NCBI GenBank assembly: GCA_951406725.2
Contig: OX597822.1
Span: 94,426,001 to 94,490,000 of the forward strand
Origin: Octopus vulgaris
Taxonomy: Eukaryota
DNA: 64,000 bases
Reading direction: 5' to 3'
Shown: positions 39,143-51,185 of the stretch, one piece after another
Layout of the letters: each line of letters begins with the position of its first letter
How positions within the stretch are numbered: position 1 is the first letter of the stretch
Notes under the pieces: generated by a model
What the model was told of the DNA's origin: nothing
Databases searched by the model: none
What the model saw: only the letters and a program-made list of their open reading frames with translations
Position numbers and translations under genes: made by a program

Positions 39143-39352
39143 TCTTAGTGCTAGGGGTGGTGGGGATTTATCTTCTGACTGTCAATATAAACAAGCATGC
39201 ATTTTGCACCTAAAGCCTATATGAGAGTTTCTTTCATGGTATCAACTGCAGTTAAGTTTGTTCTTTCAGAACATCCACGTTTAAGTGAGAATAAATATTG
39301 CCTCTCATTGTGTCTGTTCAGAACTCTATAGCTTATACAAGTATATCATTGA

Positions 39353-39724
39353 CTAGCAGTATCGCCCGGCGTTGCTCGGGTTTGTAAGGGAAATAACTAT
39401 AAAGCATTTTTAGATAGTTATAGCCAAAATATATCAAAAAAATTATGGTAAATTTTTTTTGAGAGTTAAAAAGGTGGAGTTGCGTCCCCTAGACAGTCTG
39501 TGGTTTGTATTTCTGATTCTCGACCCCATGTCGAATTTATCGATTTTTTCAGAACTGGGGGAACTTTTCAAAATTTTGGCTGCGTTAGTTTTGAATTATG
39601 ACATTGGGCTATGTGTGTGTTAAGTTTCATAAGAATCGGTTGAAAGCCGTGGTCAGAGTGAGGGTACGAGAAAACAGACACACAGAAACACACACAGACA
39701 AACTGCCGTTTATATATAGAGAGA
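39353..39724 (-). mobile_element. Non-autonomous Helitron
   Basis: Minus strand reads A|TCTCTCTATATATAAAC...ACCCGAGCAACGCCGGGCGATACTGCTAG|T: 5' TC, subterminal hairpin, 3' CTAG, inserted between A and T. Confidence 0.8.
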
Positions 39725-40059
39725 TTTTCTGGAACTTTTGATTCCAAAGCCTTTCCAAATTACAGATGGTCACCTTGGTCAACATTCTCTAAATTAAACA
39801 AAAATTAAATTTACCTAAAAATTAAATGACATACATGTACCTGTACATTAGTATAAATGATACAAATTTATTAATACTGTAAAGTACCAGTAAACTAGTC
39901 TTACAGCCACAGGAATTTGAAGTTCCTATGTACAAATCAATGCAAATTACTAGAGGCTCCACACCATCATTGTCTGGAAAGTCAGTATTGTTCCTGAAAA
40001 GTGTATGCAATGGAAGTAAGATCCTCCTCAAATTTTAATACCATTATAATAATAAGAGT

Positions 40060-40395
40060 GAAGGCGCACGGCTCAGTGGTTAGAGCGTCGAGCTTATGAT
40101 AGCGAAGTTGTGAGTTTGAATCCCAGACCGGGCTGCATGTTGTGATCTTAAGCAAGACACTTTATTTCACGTTGCTCCAGTTCACTCAGCTGTAGAAATG
40201 AGTTGCGACATCACAGGTGCCAAGCTGTATTGGCCCCTTTTGCCTTTCCCTTGGATAACACTGGGGGCGTGGAGAGGGGCAGGCTGGTATGCATGGGCTA
40301 CTGTTGGTCTTCCATAAACAACCTTGCCCGGACTTGTGCCTGGGACGATAACATTCAAGGTGCAATCCCATGGTCATTCATGACAAATGGGGGTC
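40060..40395 (+). mobile_element. SINE family C, full length
   Basis: GAAGGCGCACGGCTCAGTGGTTAGAGCG...GTTTGAATCCC...CACTTTATTTCACGTTGCTCCAG. Confidence 0.85.
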
Positions 40396-40503
40396 CCAAT
40401 AATAAGAACCCAGTATGTTGATAATATCTTCATAATGTATTTGCATATGCATATATCATTGACCAACCAACACATCTGCTTGCATGCCTGCCTTCTTACC
40501 TAC

Positions 40504-40535
<32 letters not shown>

Positions 40536-40757
40536 TTATCTATCTATTTATCTATCACTTGGTTTGTCAGTCTGACTGTCTGTCTATGTAGCTAAGCCTA
40601 TCTATCTTCCTGACTATCTATTTATTTATCTACTATCTTAAAAGCTGCCCTATTGAGCAGCTGTTAAGCTAACTCCCGTCGAGGGCTCTTCAGTAGGTTT
40701 TGAGCCCAATAATGACACATCATGCATTGAGTACATATTAAATTTTATTAAACTTAT

Positions 40758-41030
40758 GTGTATATACATACATACATACATACATACATACATGCATACA
40801 TACATACATACATACATACATACATACATACGTACATACGTACATACATACATACATACATACATACATACATACATACATACGTACATGCATACATACA
40901 TACATACATACATACGTACATGCATACATACATACATACATACATACATACATACATGTGTACATGCATACATACGTACGTACATACATACATACATACA
41001 TACATACATACATACATACATACATACATC
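40758..41030. repeat. (TACA)n microsatellite
   Basis: Direct reading of the sequence. Confidence 0.95.
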
Positions 41031-41259
41031 ATAATATCCTTCTTTCTTTTGCCTTATCAATCTCAGTCTCTCAAAGTTACTAATAGAAAGGCATTTATGT
41101 AACATAAATATAGTCATTTCAATAGGTCAGAAATCATGAGCTTTATTTTGTACTGGTTTTCATTATATGTGTGTGTGTGTGTTTGTGTGGTTCAAGTAGA
41201 GTAGAGAAAATGATGCCACCACAGAAACCCCTTAACATTTTTTTTTAATCAATTTTCAG

Positions 41260-41311
41260 GAAATAGCTGATAATGAAGATTCAGGGAAGTGCGCCCCACC
41301 TCCTGTTGAAA
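41260..41311 (+). CDS. SAT: Internal exon (phase 0/1, 52 bp) of a SAT1/SAT2-like diamine N-acetyltransferase (GNAT)
   Basis: Acceptor TTTTTTAATCAATTTTCAG| and donor |GTAAGT. Encodes EIADNEDSGKCAPPPVE+. Aligns without gaps to human SAT1 ELAKYEYMEEQVILTEK, which I recall being an exon of the same length and phase. Splices in frame to 53151. Confidence 0.7.
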
Positions 41312-41359
41312 GTAAGTCAAAACAGATGTTATTATTGTTTTTTTTATTATTATATGGGT

Positions 41360-42060
41360 GAGGGTGGCAAGCTGGCAGAACCATTAGCATGCAGGGCAAA
41401 ATGCTTCGTGGAAATTCATCTGTCTGCATTCTGAGTTCAAAACTGACTTTGCCTTTCATCCTTTTGGGGTCATCATCATTATCATCATCGTTTAACGTCC
41501 AGTTTCCATGCTAGCATGGGTTGGACGATTTGACTGAGGGCTGGTGAACCAGATGGTTGCACCAGGCTCCAATCTTCATTTGGCAGAGTTTCTACAGCTG
41601 GATGACCTTCTTAATGCCAACCACTCTGATAGTGTAGTGGGTGCTTTTACGTGCCACCAGCATGAGGGCTAGTCAGGCGGTACTGGCAACGGCCACGCTC
41701 AAATGGTGTTTTTTTACATGCCACCTGCACAATAAAATAAATACCAGTCAAGCACTGGAGTCGATGTAATTGACTTATCCTCTTCCCCCAGAATTGCAGG
41801 CATTGTGCCAAAATTTGAAATCATTATTATTATCACTATTAGGATGTGGGCAGCAAGCTGGCAGAATCGTTAACATGCTGGTCAAAATACCTAAATATTT
41901 TGTCCAGCATCTTTATATTCTGGGTTCAAATGCTGCTGGGGTTGACTTTGCCTTTCATCCTTTTAAGAGCAATAAAATTTGTACCAGTTGAGCACCAAAG
42001 TCAATTTAATTGACTTGGTCCTTACCCTGAAATTACTGGCCTTGTGCCAAAATTTGAAAC

Positions 42061-42125
<65 letters not shown>

Positions 42126-42325
42126 GGGTCTTGTCCTGGCAGAATCATTAGCAAACCAGACAAAATGCATAACAACATTTTGCCTCTATGTTCTGAACTC
42201 AAATCCTTCCAAGGCTGGTTTGCCCATTATCCTTTTGGGGTCGTTAAAATCAAGTCCCGACACTGATGCAATCAACTTACTCCTCCACTCAAAAACTGCC
42301 TGGCTCTATGCCAAAATTTGAAACC
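41360..42325 (+). mobile_element. Cluster of older family B-related SINEs with (ATT)n tails and a nested RTE tail (~41470-41730, -)
   Basis: Repeated GCAAGCTGGCAGAA...TTTGCCTTTCATCC...TGTGCCAAAATTTGAAA units. Confidence 0.7.
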
Positions 42326-42336
42326 ATTATTACTAC

Positions 42337-42382
<46 letters not shown>

Positions 42383-42399
42383 TTCTCTTTATCACAGGT

Positions 42400-43985
42400 T
42401 TTGTTGTAGCTCCTGGAGTCTTGCATGCATAGCGGGCTTACTACCTGCAGCTTATGGTACCATACTGTTCATTCTTTTCAGTTATCTAATACTTTCCTGG
42501 TTATTCTGGCCATGCCAAGGAGGCAAACCTTTTGTGTAGTACTACTGTGCACTTTATTCCAATTTCTTTTATATTCCTCTTGATGCTTTCTGATACTATT
42601 CTCTAGGACCAAGCAATAATTGGCCGTATCTTCACCTTCTTCATTTACCATAGCCGGGCTATTTTGTACTTAAGAGGGTTGTATCTATCTATCTTTTTGT
42701 CTTCCTTCTTGACTATACGTGGGTCAAGGGGGCATGCAACATCAACTATATAGTTATGTAGTGCTCCTTGTCCACCACCATTAGGTCTGATTCATTATGC
42801 TTGAGCACCTGATTTATTTTGATTGGGAAATCTCAAAAGATTTTGCTAGTCTTCAACTCCACCGCTCACTGCGGTTTGTGCTCTTACCACATCTTGCCTC
42901 TCTCTAGCCCCCACTTTTCACACAGTTTCCAATGTAGCACTTTCACTACCTGGTTGTGTTGCTACAACTTGTAGTGGTTTGGGCCAAGTCTAGGGCATTC
43001 ATTTCCGATATGGACAATGATTTCATCCACTCTATTGCAGATGCAGCACAGTGGGGCCACTTTCTCATTCCTAAGGTTGACCCTCCAGTTCGTGGTCAAA
43101 GCTTGGTCCTGTGCTGCCAATATAGTGCTCTCTGTCTCTTTTTTTAGGGTTCCTTCCATCAGCCAATGCCACCTATTTTTTCCAGCAACTTCTGTTGTGG
43201 CTACATGGAATTGAATGTGTTGACCCTTGTTGTGCAATTCTTCTTCAAGTCCTGTTTGTATTTCTTCCTTTGTTTTCCCTTTTTTTTCTGCTCTCAATAC
43301 TCCTTTGTTCTTAACTGTCACTAGCAAGGTTTCCTTACTTTAGGCTAGGTATCTCATTAAGCTCTCGAGTTCAATACACATGCAGCCTTCTACACATATC
43401 AGTCCCCTTCCTCCATTTGCTCTCTTCATGTATATTTATTTACTACCCACAAGGGGCTAAACACAGAGGGGACAAACAAGGACAGACAAACGGATTAAGT
43501 CGATTACATCGACTCCAGTGCATAACTGGTACTTAATTTATCGACCTCCCCAAAGGATGAAAGGCAAAGTCGACCTCGGCAGAATTTGAACTCAGAATGT
43601 AACGGCATACAAAATACGGCTACGCATTTCGCCCGGCGTGCTAACGTTTCTGCCAGCTCGCCACCTTTTCATGTATAGGCGATCAGTGTCGGCACGTGGA
43701 TGATGGCCTCCATTAGGAGCATCATTAGGAGCTTTCTTGACTTTCTCTCCATCTCCTTTAGCTCCTCCTCTGTCCACTTCAGGATTCCAGTGCCATACCG
43801 AACTACTGTGACTGTGCACAAATATATTGATGAAATTATATTTCTTGCATTCAGCTTAGAAGCCAATATTTTCCTTACTTGCTGCAGGTGCTCCCTTTTC
43901 ATCTTTTCCTTCATGTCACAATGTCTGAATCCATTTGCCCCTCAAGTATTTCCAGGTATTTATAACTGGATTGGGGTTGAATTGC
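42400..43985 (-). mobile_element. R4/Dong-like RLE non-LTR retrotransposon, 5'-truncated and decayed
   Basis: RKILASKLNARN; LKKETESTILAAQDQALTT; CCHC-like LCCIC...IVHIGNECPRL; downstream IVDVACP. 3' end abuts (TAA)n. A family B SINE is nested at ~43436-43666. Confidence 0.85.
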
Positions 43986-44108
43986 CTTCGTTATTTCACC
44001 ACTTGGCAGCCATATGCCTTCTGTCCTGGCAAGCTTTCCTTATCTCATCACCATCATAGCACATTTTGAGAGTCCAAACTCTATTATTATTATTATTATT
44101 ATTATTAT

Positions 44109-44139
<31 letters not shown>

Positions 44140-44290
44140 AAAAAGAAGAAGTAGTAGTAGTAGTAGTAGTAGAAGAAGAAGAAGAAGAAGAAGAAGAAGA
44201 AGAAGAAGAAGAAGAAGAAAAAGAAGAAGAAGAAGAAGAAGAAGAAGAAGAAGAAGAAGAAGAAGAAAAGAGGAAGAAGAAGAAGAAGAA

Positions 44291-44322
<32 letters not shown>

Positions 44323-44369
44323 AAGAGGAAGAAGAAGAAGAAGAAGAAGAAGAAGAAGAAGAAGAACAA

Positions 44370-44400
<31 letters not shown>

Positions 44401-44441
44401 AGAAGAAGAAGAAGAAGAGGAGGAAGAAGAAGAAGAAGAAG

Positions 44442-44470
<29 letters not shown>
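44109..44470. repeat. (GAA)n microsatellite
   Basis: Direct reading of the sequence. Confidence 0.95.
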
Positions 44471-44471
<1 letters not shown>

Positions 44472-44472
<1 letters not shown>

Positions 44473-44858
44473 GTTATGCAATTGTAATAAATTGTTTATT
44501 TGTTTGAACGATATTTCGACAGCTCATCTGTTTTATTCAAATTCAAAATGTAAAATGAAAGAACACAGAAATTCAAAATTATACTTGGAGGAAATCCTGC
44601 ATTCCCACTTTGACAGAATGACAACATTAGTCTTCAGCTTTGAAACTGAAGAAAAGAAAAAAGAAAAATAAGAAAAGAAAAGAAACAAGAAAAAGAAAAA
44701 AGAATATTTAGTCGAACAGTGGGAATGCAAAATTTCCTTGTTCATATTTTTGAATTTCTGGGTTTCTTCATTTTACATTTTGAACTTGAAAAAAGGCAGA
44801 CAGAGCTGTTGAAATATTGTTCAAACCAATATAGAATCAATTACGTTTGCATCATGCT
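44472..44858. repeat. Diverged ~140 bp inverted repeat, each arm with a minimal hammerhead-like motif (44503-44547 -, 44779-44825 +)
   Basis: Arms ~44472-44615 and ~44710-44858 are reverse complements. Right arm reads TTTGAAC-TTGAAAAAA-GGCAG-ACAGAG-CTGTT-GAAA-TA-TT^GTTCAAA. Confidence 0.7.
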
Positions 44859-44909
44859 CTTCTCATTGTCTATTTATCTTTGTGAGGAATTATGTCGATC
44901 TTTATAGAA

Positions 44910-45150
44910 TATTATTACCTCTGTTTTAGCGAAGGTATTGTTTTCAGTCGTGTTTGTTTGTCCGTGGACAACATATCTCAAGAACTGCTGGATGGATTCA
45001 GATGAAACTTTCAGGGATGTTTGGCCTCGTGATTGGCATGAACTGATTAGAGTTTGGGATCGATCTGGTACCGGACAAGGATTCTGGATTATTTTTCTGT
45101 ATTTTTTTACTTAATTTTTGAGAGTGGTTGGGTTCGTTTTTAGTATTTTT
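44910..45150 (+). mobile_element. Non-autonomous Helentron/HINE-like fragment
   Basis: TTATTACCTC...GGTATTGTTTTCAGTCGTGTTTGTTTGTCCGT...GGATT...ATGAAACTTT pattern. Recognised from memory only. Confidence 0.45.
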
Positions 45151-45465
45151 GCTTGTGAGATGGAAAAGTAAACTTAACTTGTACTTGGTGGTGAGTTAAG
45201 CTGGATCTGACCAATGGGTTCAACATGACCCCTCACAATTACTGACCGGATCTGACAGCCCGCCTTGACACTTCAACAGGCAAAATAATGTTTGTCTGTT
45301 GCCCAAAAATCCAACTTGTAAATTTGACAAATACCTCGCTGGGAGAGCAAGTACTCCAGATAGCAGAGATGCCTTAGCTGTAGTTGTCGTTTGTCGTTGA
45401 CTTGTAGATTTCATGTTTTCCAATGGAAGAGTAGATTTTTTAAAACTGTTTTATATATTTATATA

Positions 45466-45880
45466 CTCTTTACTTTTTACTCTTTTACTTGTTTCAGTCA
45501 TTTGACTGCGGCCATGCTGGAGCATCACCTTTAGTCGAGCAAATCGACCCCGGGACTTATTCTTTGTAAGCCCAGTACTTATTCTATCGGTCTCTTTTGC
45601 CGAACCGCTAAGTGACGGGGACGTAAACACACCAGCATCAGTTGTCAAGCAATGTTAGGGGGACAAACACAGACACACAAACACACACACAGATATACAT
45701 ATATATACATATATACGACAGGCTTCTTTCAGTTTCCGTCTACCAAATCCACTCACAAGGCATTGGTCGGCCCGGGGCTATAGCAGAAGACACTTGCCCA
45801 AGATGCCATGCAGTGGGACTGAACCCGGAACCATGTGATTGGTTAGCAAGCTACTTACCACACAGCCACTCCTGCGCCTA
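45466..45880 (-). mobile_element. SINE family A
   Basis: Reverse complement of family A. Confidence 0.85.
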
Positions 45881-46721
45881 TATGTGTATATATTTATATG
45901 TGGTACCATTAATATTATATATTTGTGATTTAAAATTCAGTAGTGGATGGAAGGCATACAAATCACTGTGGTGATATCTATGAATATCACATGATGATGT
46001 GACTGACCAGACTACCAGATCTTATTACACAATTCATTTTGTATCACTTTAACCTTCGGATGACATCATCCTGCTTGCTAGGTGAGCAGGCCAACATTCC
46101 CCCAGAATGAAAAGGAGAACTGGAGCAATGTGAAATGAAGTCTTTTGGTCAAGAACACAACATGCTGCTCTGTCTGGGAACTGAACTCACGATCTAGTGA
46201 CCATGAGTGCAACTGCTAGTGACTAGGCCATGCAGTTTCACATCTATAAATATGTCTCACCCAATTTTGTAAACACTAAGACAGATTTATGACAACTACC
46301 AATTAAACAAAACAATACAGTTACAAACACTAACAGTTCCAATTTAAGAAGCACAAAAACATATGACATAAAATCAATCTTAAATAGCAATAATGAAAGC
46401 ACCACCACAATAAAAGTAACTCATCTTTCATTAGAATTGAGAGCCGAAGTGAGGTGATAAACATTAGTAAGCCCCCAAGCCAAAAAAGAACATGGTAAAC
46501 GTATATAACAAAAGTGAGTACTTCTTTGCCTGAGGACTTTGCACAAGAAAGGGCAAGAAGGAAAGTGGTGTACCTTTGTTTTTCAATAAGTAAATAAAAA
46601 TGAAGCAGGTTTCCATAAGTCTTCAGAAATGAATTTTCAGACAATATTTAAAGCTAAAGATAAGACAAGAAGTGCAGCCACAGCCACACCTATACTTCAG
46701 ATATGAAAAATTTGACCTCTT

Positions 46722-46903
46722 AGGTGCAGGAGTGGCTATAGGTGCAGGAGTGGCTGTGTGGTAAGTAGCTTGCTAACCAACCACATGGTTCCGGGTTCAG
46801 TCCCACTTCGTGGCACCTTGGGCAAGTGTCTTCTGCTATAGCCCCGGGCCGACCAATGCCTTGTGAGTGGATTTGGTAGACGGAAACTGAAAGAAGCCTG
46901 TCG

Positions 46904-46934
<31 letters not shown>

Positions 46935-47150
46935 TTGTGTGTCTGTGTTTGTCCCCCTAGCATTGCTTGACAACCGATGCTGGTGTGTTTACATCCCCGT
47001 CACTTAGCGGTTCAGCAAAAGAGACCGATAGAATAAGTACTGGGCTTACAAAGAATAAGTCCCGGGGTTGATTTGCTCGACTAAAGGTGGTGCTCCAGCA
47101 TGGCCGCAGTCAAATGACTGAAACAAGTAAAAGAGTAAAAAGAGAGAGAG
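46722..47150 (+). mobile_element. SINE family A
   Basis: Full family A sequence with the first ~18 nt duplicated. Confidence 0.85.
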
Positions 47151-47823
47151 TTGTACTTAACCTCTGAGTTTTTCACTGAAAATGTCAGAGTATTAAATAA
47201 GTAATACTGGATTTCTCTGCTTTAAATATAAGGTAAAAGCCCACTTTCTGTCACAAATCACCATGAGATTTCACCTAGAAAGTTACCCTCTGAGACACAA
47301 GTCTGAACAAAGTTGTTTATGGAACACTAGCAGTCATCCATGCATACCAGCCTCCTCTCTCCACATCATTGGTGTTATCTAAAGGAAAGGCAAAAGCCAA
47401 TACGGCTCGGCACCAGTGATATTGCAACTCACTTCTACAGCTGAGTGGATTGGAGCAACGTGAAATAAAGTGTCTTGCTCAAGAACACAACACACAGCCC
47501 TGTCTGGGAATCAAGCTCACTACCTCATGATTGTGAGCTCTCAATGTTCTAACCATAGAGCCATGTGCCTTCACTTTAAATATATATGTACAAAGTATAA
47601 CAAGCCATGACTGAGTAGCACTTACTTTACTTTAAATCCTTCACTTTTTCTGAAGCATAGGCCATTGAAAACATTTCTCCACTGTTCTCCATTCCTCACC
47701 AAATTCTTGTGGGTCTTGAATTGCCATTGATGCTTCTGTAACTTTGTTGTTTTTCTTAGTGGGCAGCTAGCCCTATACAGACCCATTCTTACCACTGAGA
47801 AGCAGTGGACTATATTGGTCTCA

Positions 47824-48058
47824 GCGGCGGCGAGCTGGCAGAACCGTTAGCACACCGGGCGAAATGTGTAGCCGTATTTCGTCTGCCGTTACATTCTGAG
47901 TTCAAATTCCGCCGAGGTCGACTTTATCTTTCATCCTTTCGGGGTTGATAAATTAAGTACCAGTTACACACTGGGGTCGATGTAATCGACTTAATTCGTT
48001 TGTTTGTCCTTGTTTGTTCCCTCTATGTTTAGCCCCTTGTGGGTAATAAAGAAACATA
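47824..48058 (+). mobile_element. SINE family B monomer
   Basis: Family B sequence. Apparent TSD ATTGGTCTCA. Confidence 0.85.
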
Positions 48059-48509
48059 AATTGGTCTCACCCAGTGTTTCCCAAAAAGGGTCCATATGGC
48101 CCTTGGGGGTTCTATAAAAGATTTTGATGTTGAAATTTATGTGCAATGAGCTGGTTATACATCTCCAATCCACAATATATTTTAACAATATTTTTATACA
48201 GTTCATCATTATCATAATTATCATTTAACGTCATCTTTTCTATGCTGGCATGAGTTGGATGATTTAACTGGAGCTGTTAAAAGCCAGGGGCTGCACTAGG
48301 CTCTGTTGTCTGTTCTGGTATGGTTTCTATGGCTGGATGCCCTTCCTAATGTCAACTACTCAAAGAGTGTAGTGGATGCTTTAATGTGACACCAACACAA
48401 GTGTTTTTTACATGACACCAGCACAGGTATCAATTCTGCTGTGGTAGACAGGTTTTCTTGAGTACAGCAATGCACCAGAAATCTCAGTATTTAAATATAA
48501 AGAATATAC

Positions 48510-48701
48510 AGTTCTGTATTTAAGAGATGAGGAATTATGTACATTATTTACATTATTTATATTTGATGGATATTTGTCCTCATCTTGTTTGTTGTTAACA
48601 CGTTTTGGCTGATATACCCTCCAGCCTTCATCAGGTGTCCTTGGGGAAATTTCGAACCTGGGTTCTCATTCATAAGGCATTTTTCACTGTTATTATTATT
48701 A

Positions 48702-48746
<45 letters not shown>

Positions 48747-48785
48747 TCACTGCCTGGAATCAAACTTCGAATCTTGGAGTTAGGG
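48510..48785 (-). mobile_element. SINE-like element (B-box remnant, internal (AAT)n) carrying a hammerhead motif at 48597-48639
   Basis: Minus strand reads ...AAGTTTGATTCCAGGCAGTGACCTG(AAT)n...GACAC-CTGATGA-A-GGCTG-GAGGGTATAT-CAGCC-AAAAC-GTGTT. Partial second copy at 29437-29507. Confidence 0.65.
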
Positions 48786-48972
48786 GACGAACAAGGACAA
48801 AGGGATTAAGTCGATTACATCGACCCCAGTGCGTAACTGGTACTTGATTTATCGACCCCGAAAGGATGAAAGGCAAAGTCGACCGTGGCAGAATTTGAAC
48901 CCAGAACGTAGCGGCAGACGAAATACGGCTACGCACTTCGCCCGGCATGCTAACATTTCTGCCAGCTTGCTG

Positions 48973-49059
<87 letters not shown>

Positions 49060-49079
49060 CAGAGAATGGGAGAAAGAGT

Positions 49080-49134
<55 letters not shown>

Positions 49135-49963
49135 TAGAAAATACAGAAGTGAGATTAATTCCAACCTAGATTAATTGCAACCAATGAAGAAGATAGTTCT
49201 TTTTACCACCTTCATTAAATGTTCACCTTAGGAACAGTTATAACATATCTGTACAATTATTATAAGCCAAGACAGAGCTATAGGTGAGACGACAGGGTTG
49301 GAATGTCAGGCATTGACTGATATCTCTGTAGATGTTTTGCTGATGATAGAAGAATGTATTAATATATGTTAATGTATGCTAACATACATTAGCATACATG
49401 AATGTTAATGGAAATAGGAATCTATGAATATTTAATGGTTGAAGTCATATGACTGTATGATCATCACAGTGGATTTCTAGCTTAAAGGTTCTCAGTTCAA
49501 ATCCACAGTGGATTACTAGTTTGCAGGTTGTAGGTTTAAATCTACCATGGGTTACTAGCTTATAGGTATTAGGTTCAAATCCAATGTGGTTGGTTTTACT
49601 TCAGTATTTATGCAGTACATTTAGTTCTGTGAATTTTACTTCATATAGGTGTGCAAGGATGGCTGTGTGGTTAAAATGTTTGCTTCCCAATCATGTGGTT
49701 TCAGGTTCAGTCCCATAACATTGCACCTTGGGCACATGTTTGCTACTGTATTCCCAGATTGGTCAAAACCCTGTGAGGAGATTCGATAGACAGAAAACTG
49801 AAAAAAATCTCATTGTATATGTACAAACACGCACACACGTGCACACACACACAGGTATGTGTGTATATATATATGTGTGTGTGTGTGAATGTATATATAT
49901 GCATGTATGTGTAAGTGCGCGTGTGTGTGTGAATGTATATATGTGCATGTGTGTGTATGCATG

Positions 49964-50004
<41 letters not shown>

Positions 50005-50109
50005 GACTCCTTGTCTGAACCTCATGTGACTGTTGTAAACAACTCCTGCCATTATGAAAGTCATGTCTTTTATTTCCAATTTTCTGCAGAAATAAGTCCA
50101 GTTATAAGG

Positions 50110-50720
<611 letters not shown>

Positions 50721-51128
50721 TATAAGTGGCAGGATATTGTCAAAGAAGCATGATTAGAGAGTAGGGAGGGCAAAGTGAATAGTAAAAGCCTTAGTATATA
50801 GAGTGGGTGGGGGCTACTGGATAGCAATGATACAGAGAAATATACATAACTGTATTCTACATTCGTTAATTTCATGCTTTAGTAACAATGTCATTATGTA
50901 TGAAGCTAACAACTATTGATATAAGTTTGATGAGAAAAAGATGAAATTCCACAGGATTGTCTAGTGTTGAGAGGTTATGACGTTGAGAGGTTTATTTTGG
51001 TTCTTCAGATGTCAGCAGCCATTAACACATCGCAACAGATTGATCAGACTGTTCAAAAACACAGAGGGTTTGTCAAATACAGTAATGACTCCAGAAAGTT
51101 CTTCCAAGGACATGTGATTAAAAAAAAA

Positions 51129-51185
<57 letters not shown>

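Larger units (their letters stand above)
38125..39308. repeat. Tandem array of ~340-353 bp hammerhead-containing monomers plus an inverted partial monomer (retrozyme-like)
   Basis: Anchor GTAAT(A/T)TTTATTCCCAC at 38168, 38521 and 38863. 39093-39308 is the reverse complement of the monomer. One HHR motif per monomer. Confidence 0.85.

Noticed and set aside
39907-40015. Possible exon (TTACAG...GTAAGA) upstream of the SAT exon
   Set aside because: The acceptor is weak and the peptide does not resemble the SAT N-terminus. It is not supportable without RNA data.
44066-44671. Poly-Arg/Glu ORF
   Set aside because: It is a translation of the (GAA)n microsatellite.
51009-51067. Possible exon inside the SAT intron (TTCTTCAG|ATG...|GTTTGT)
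   Set aside because: It has no similarity to SAT, and the flanking exons already join in frame. A poison exon cannot be excluded but there is no evidence for one.
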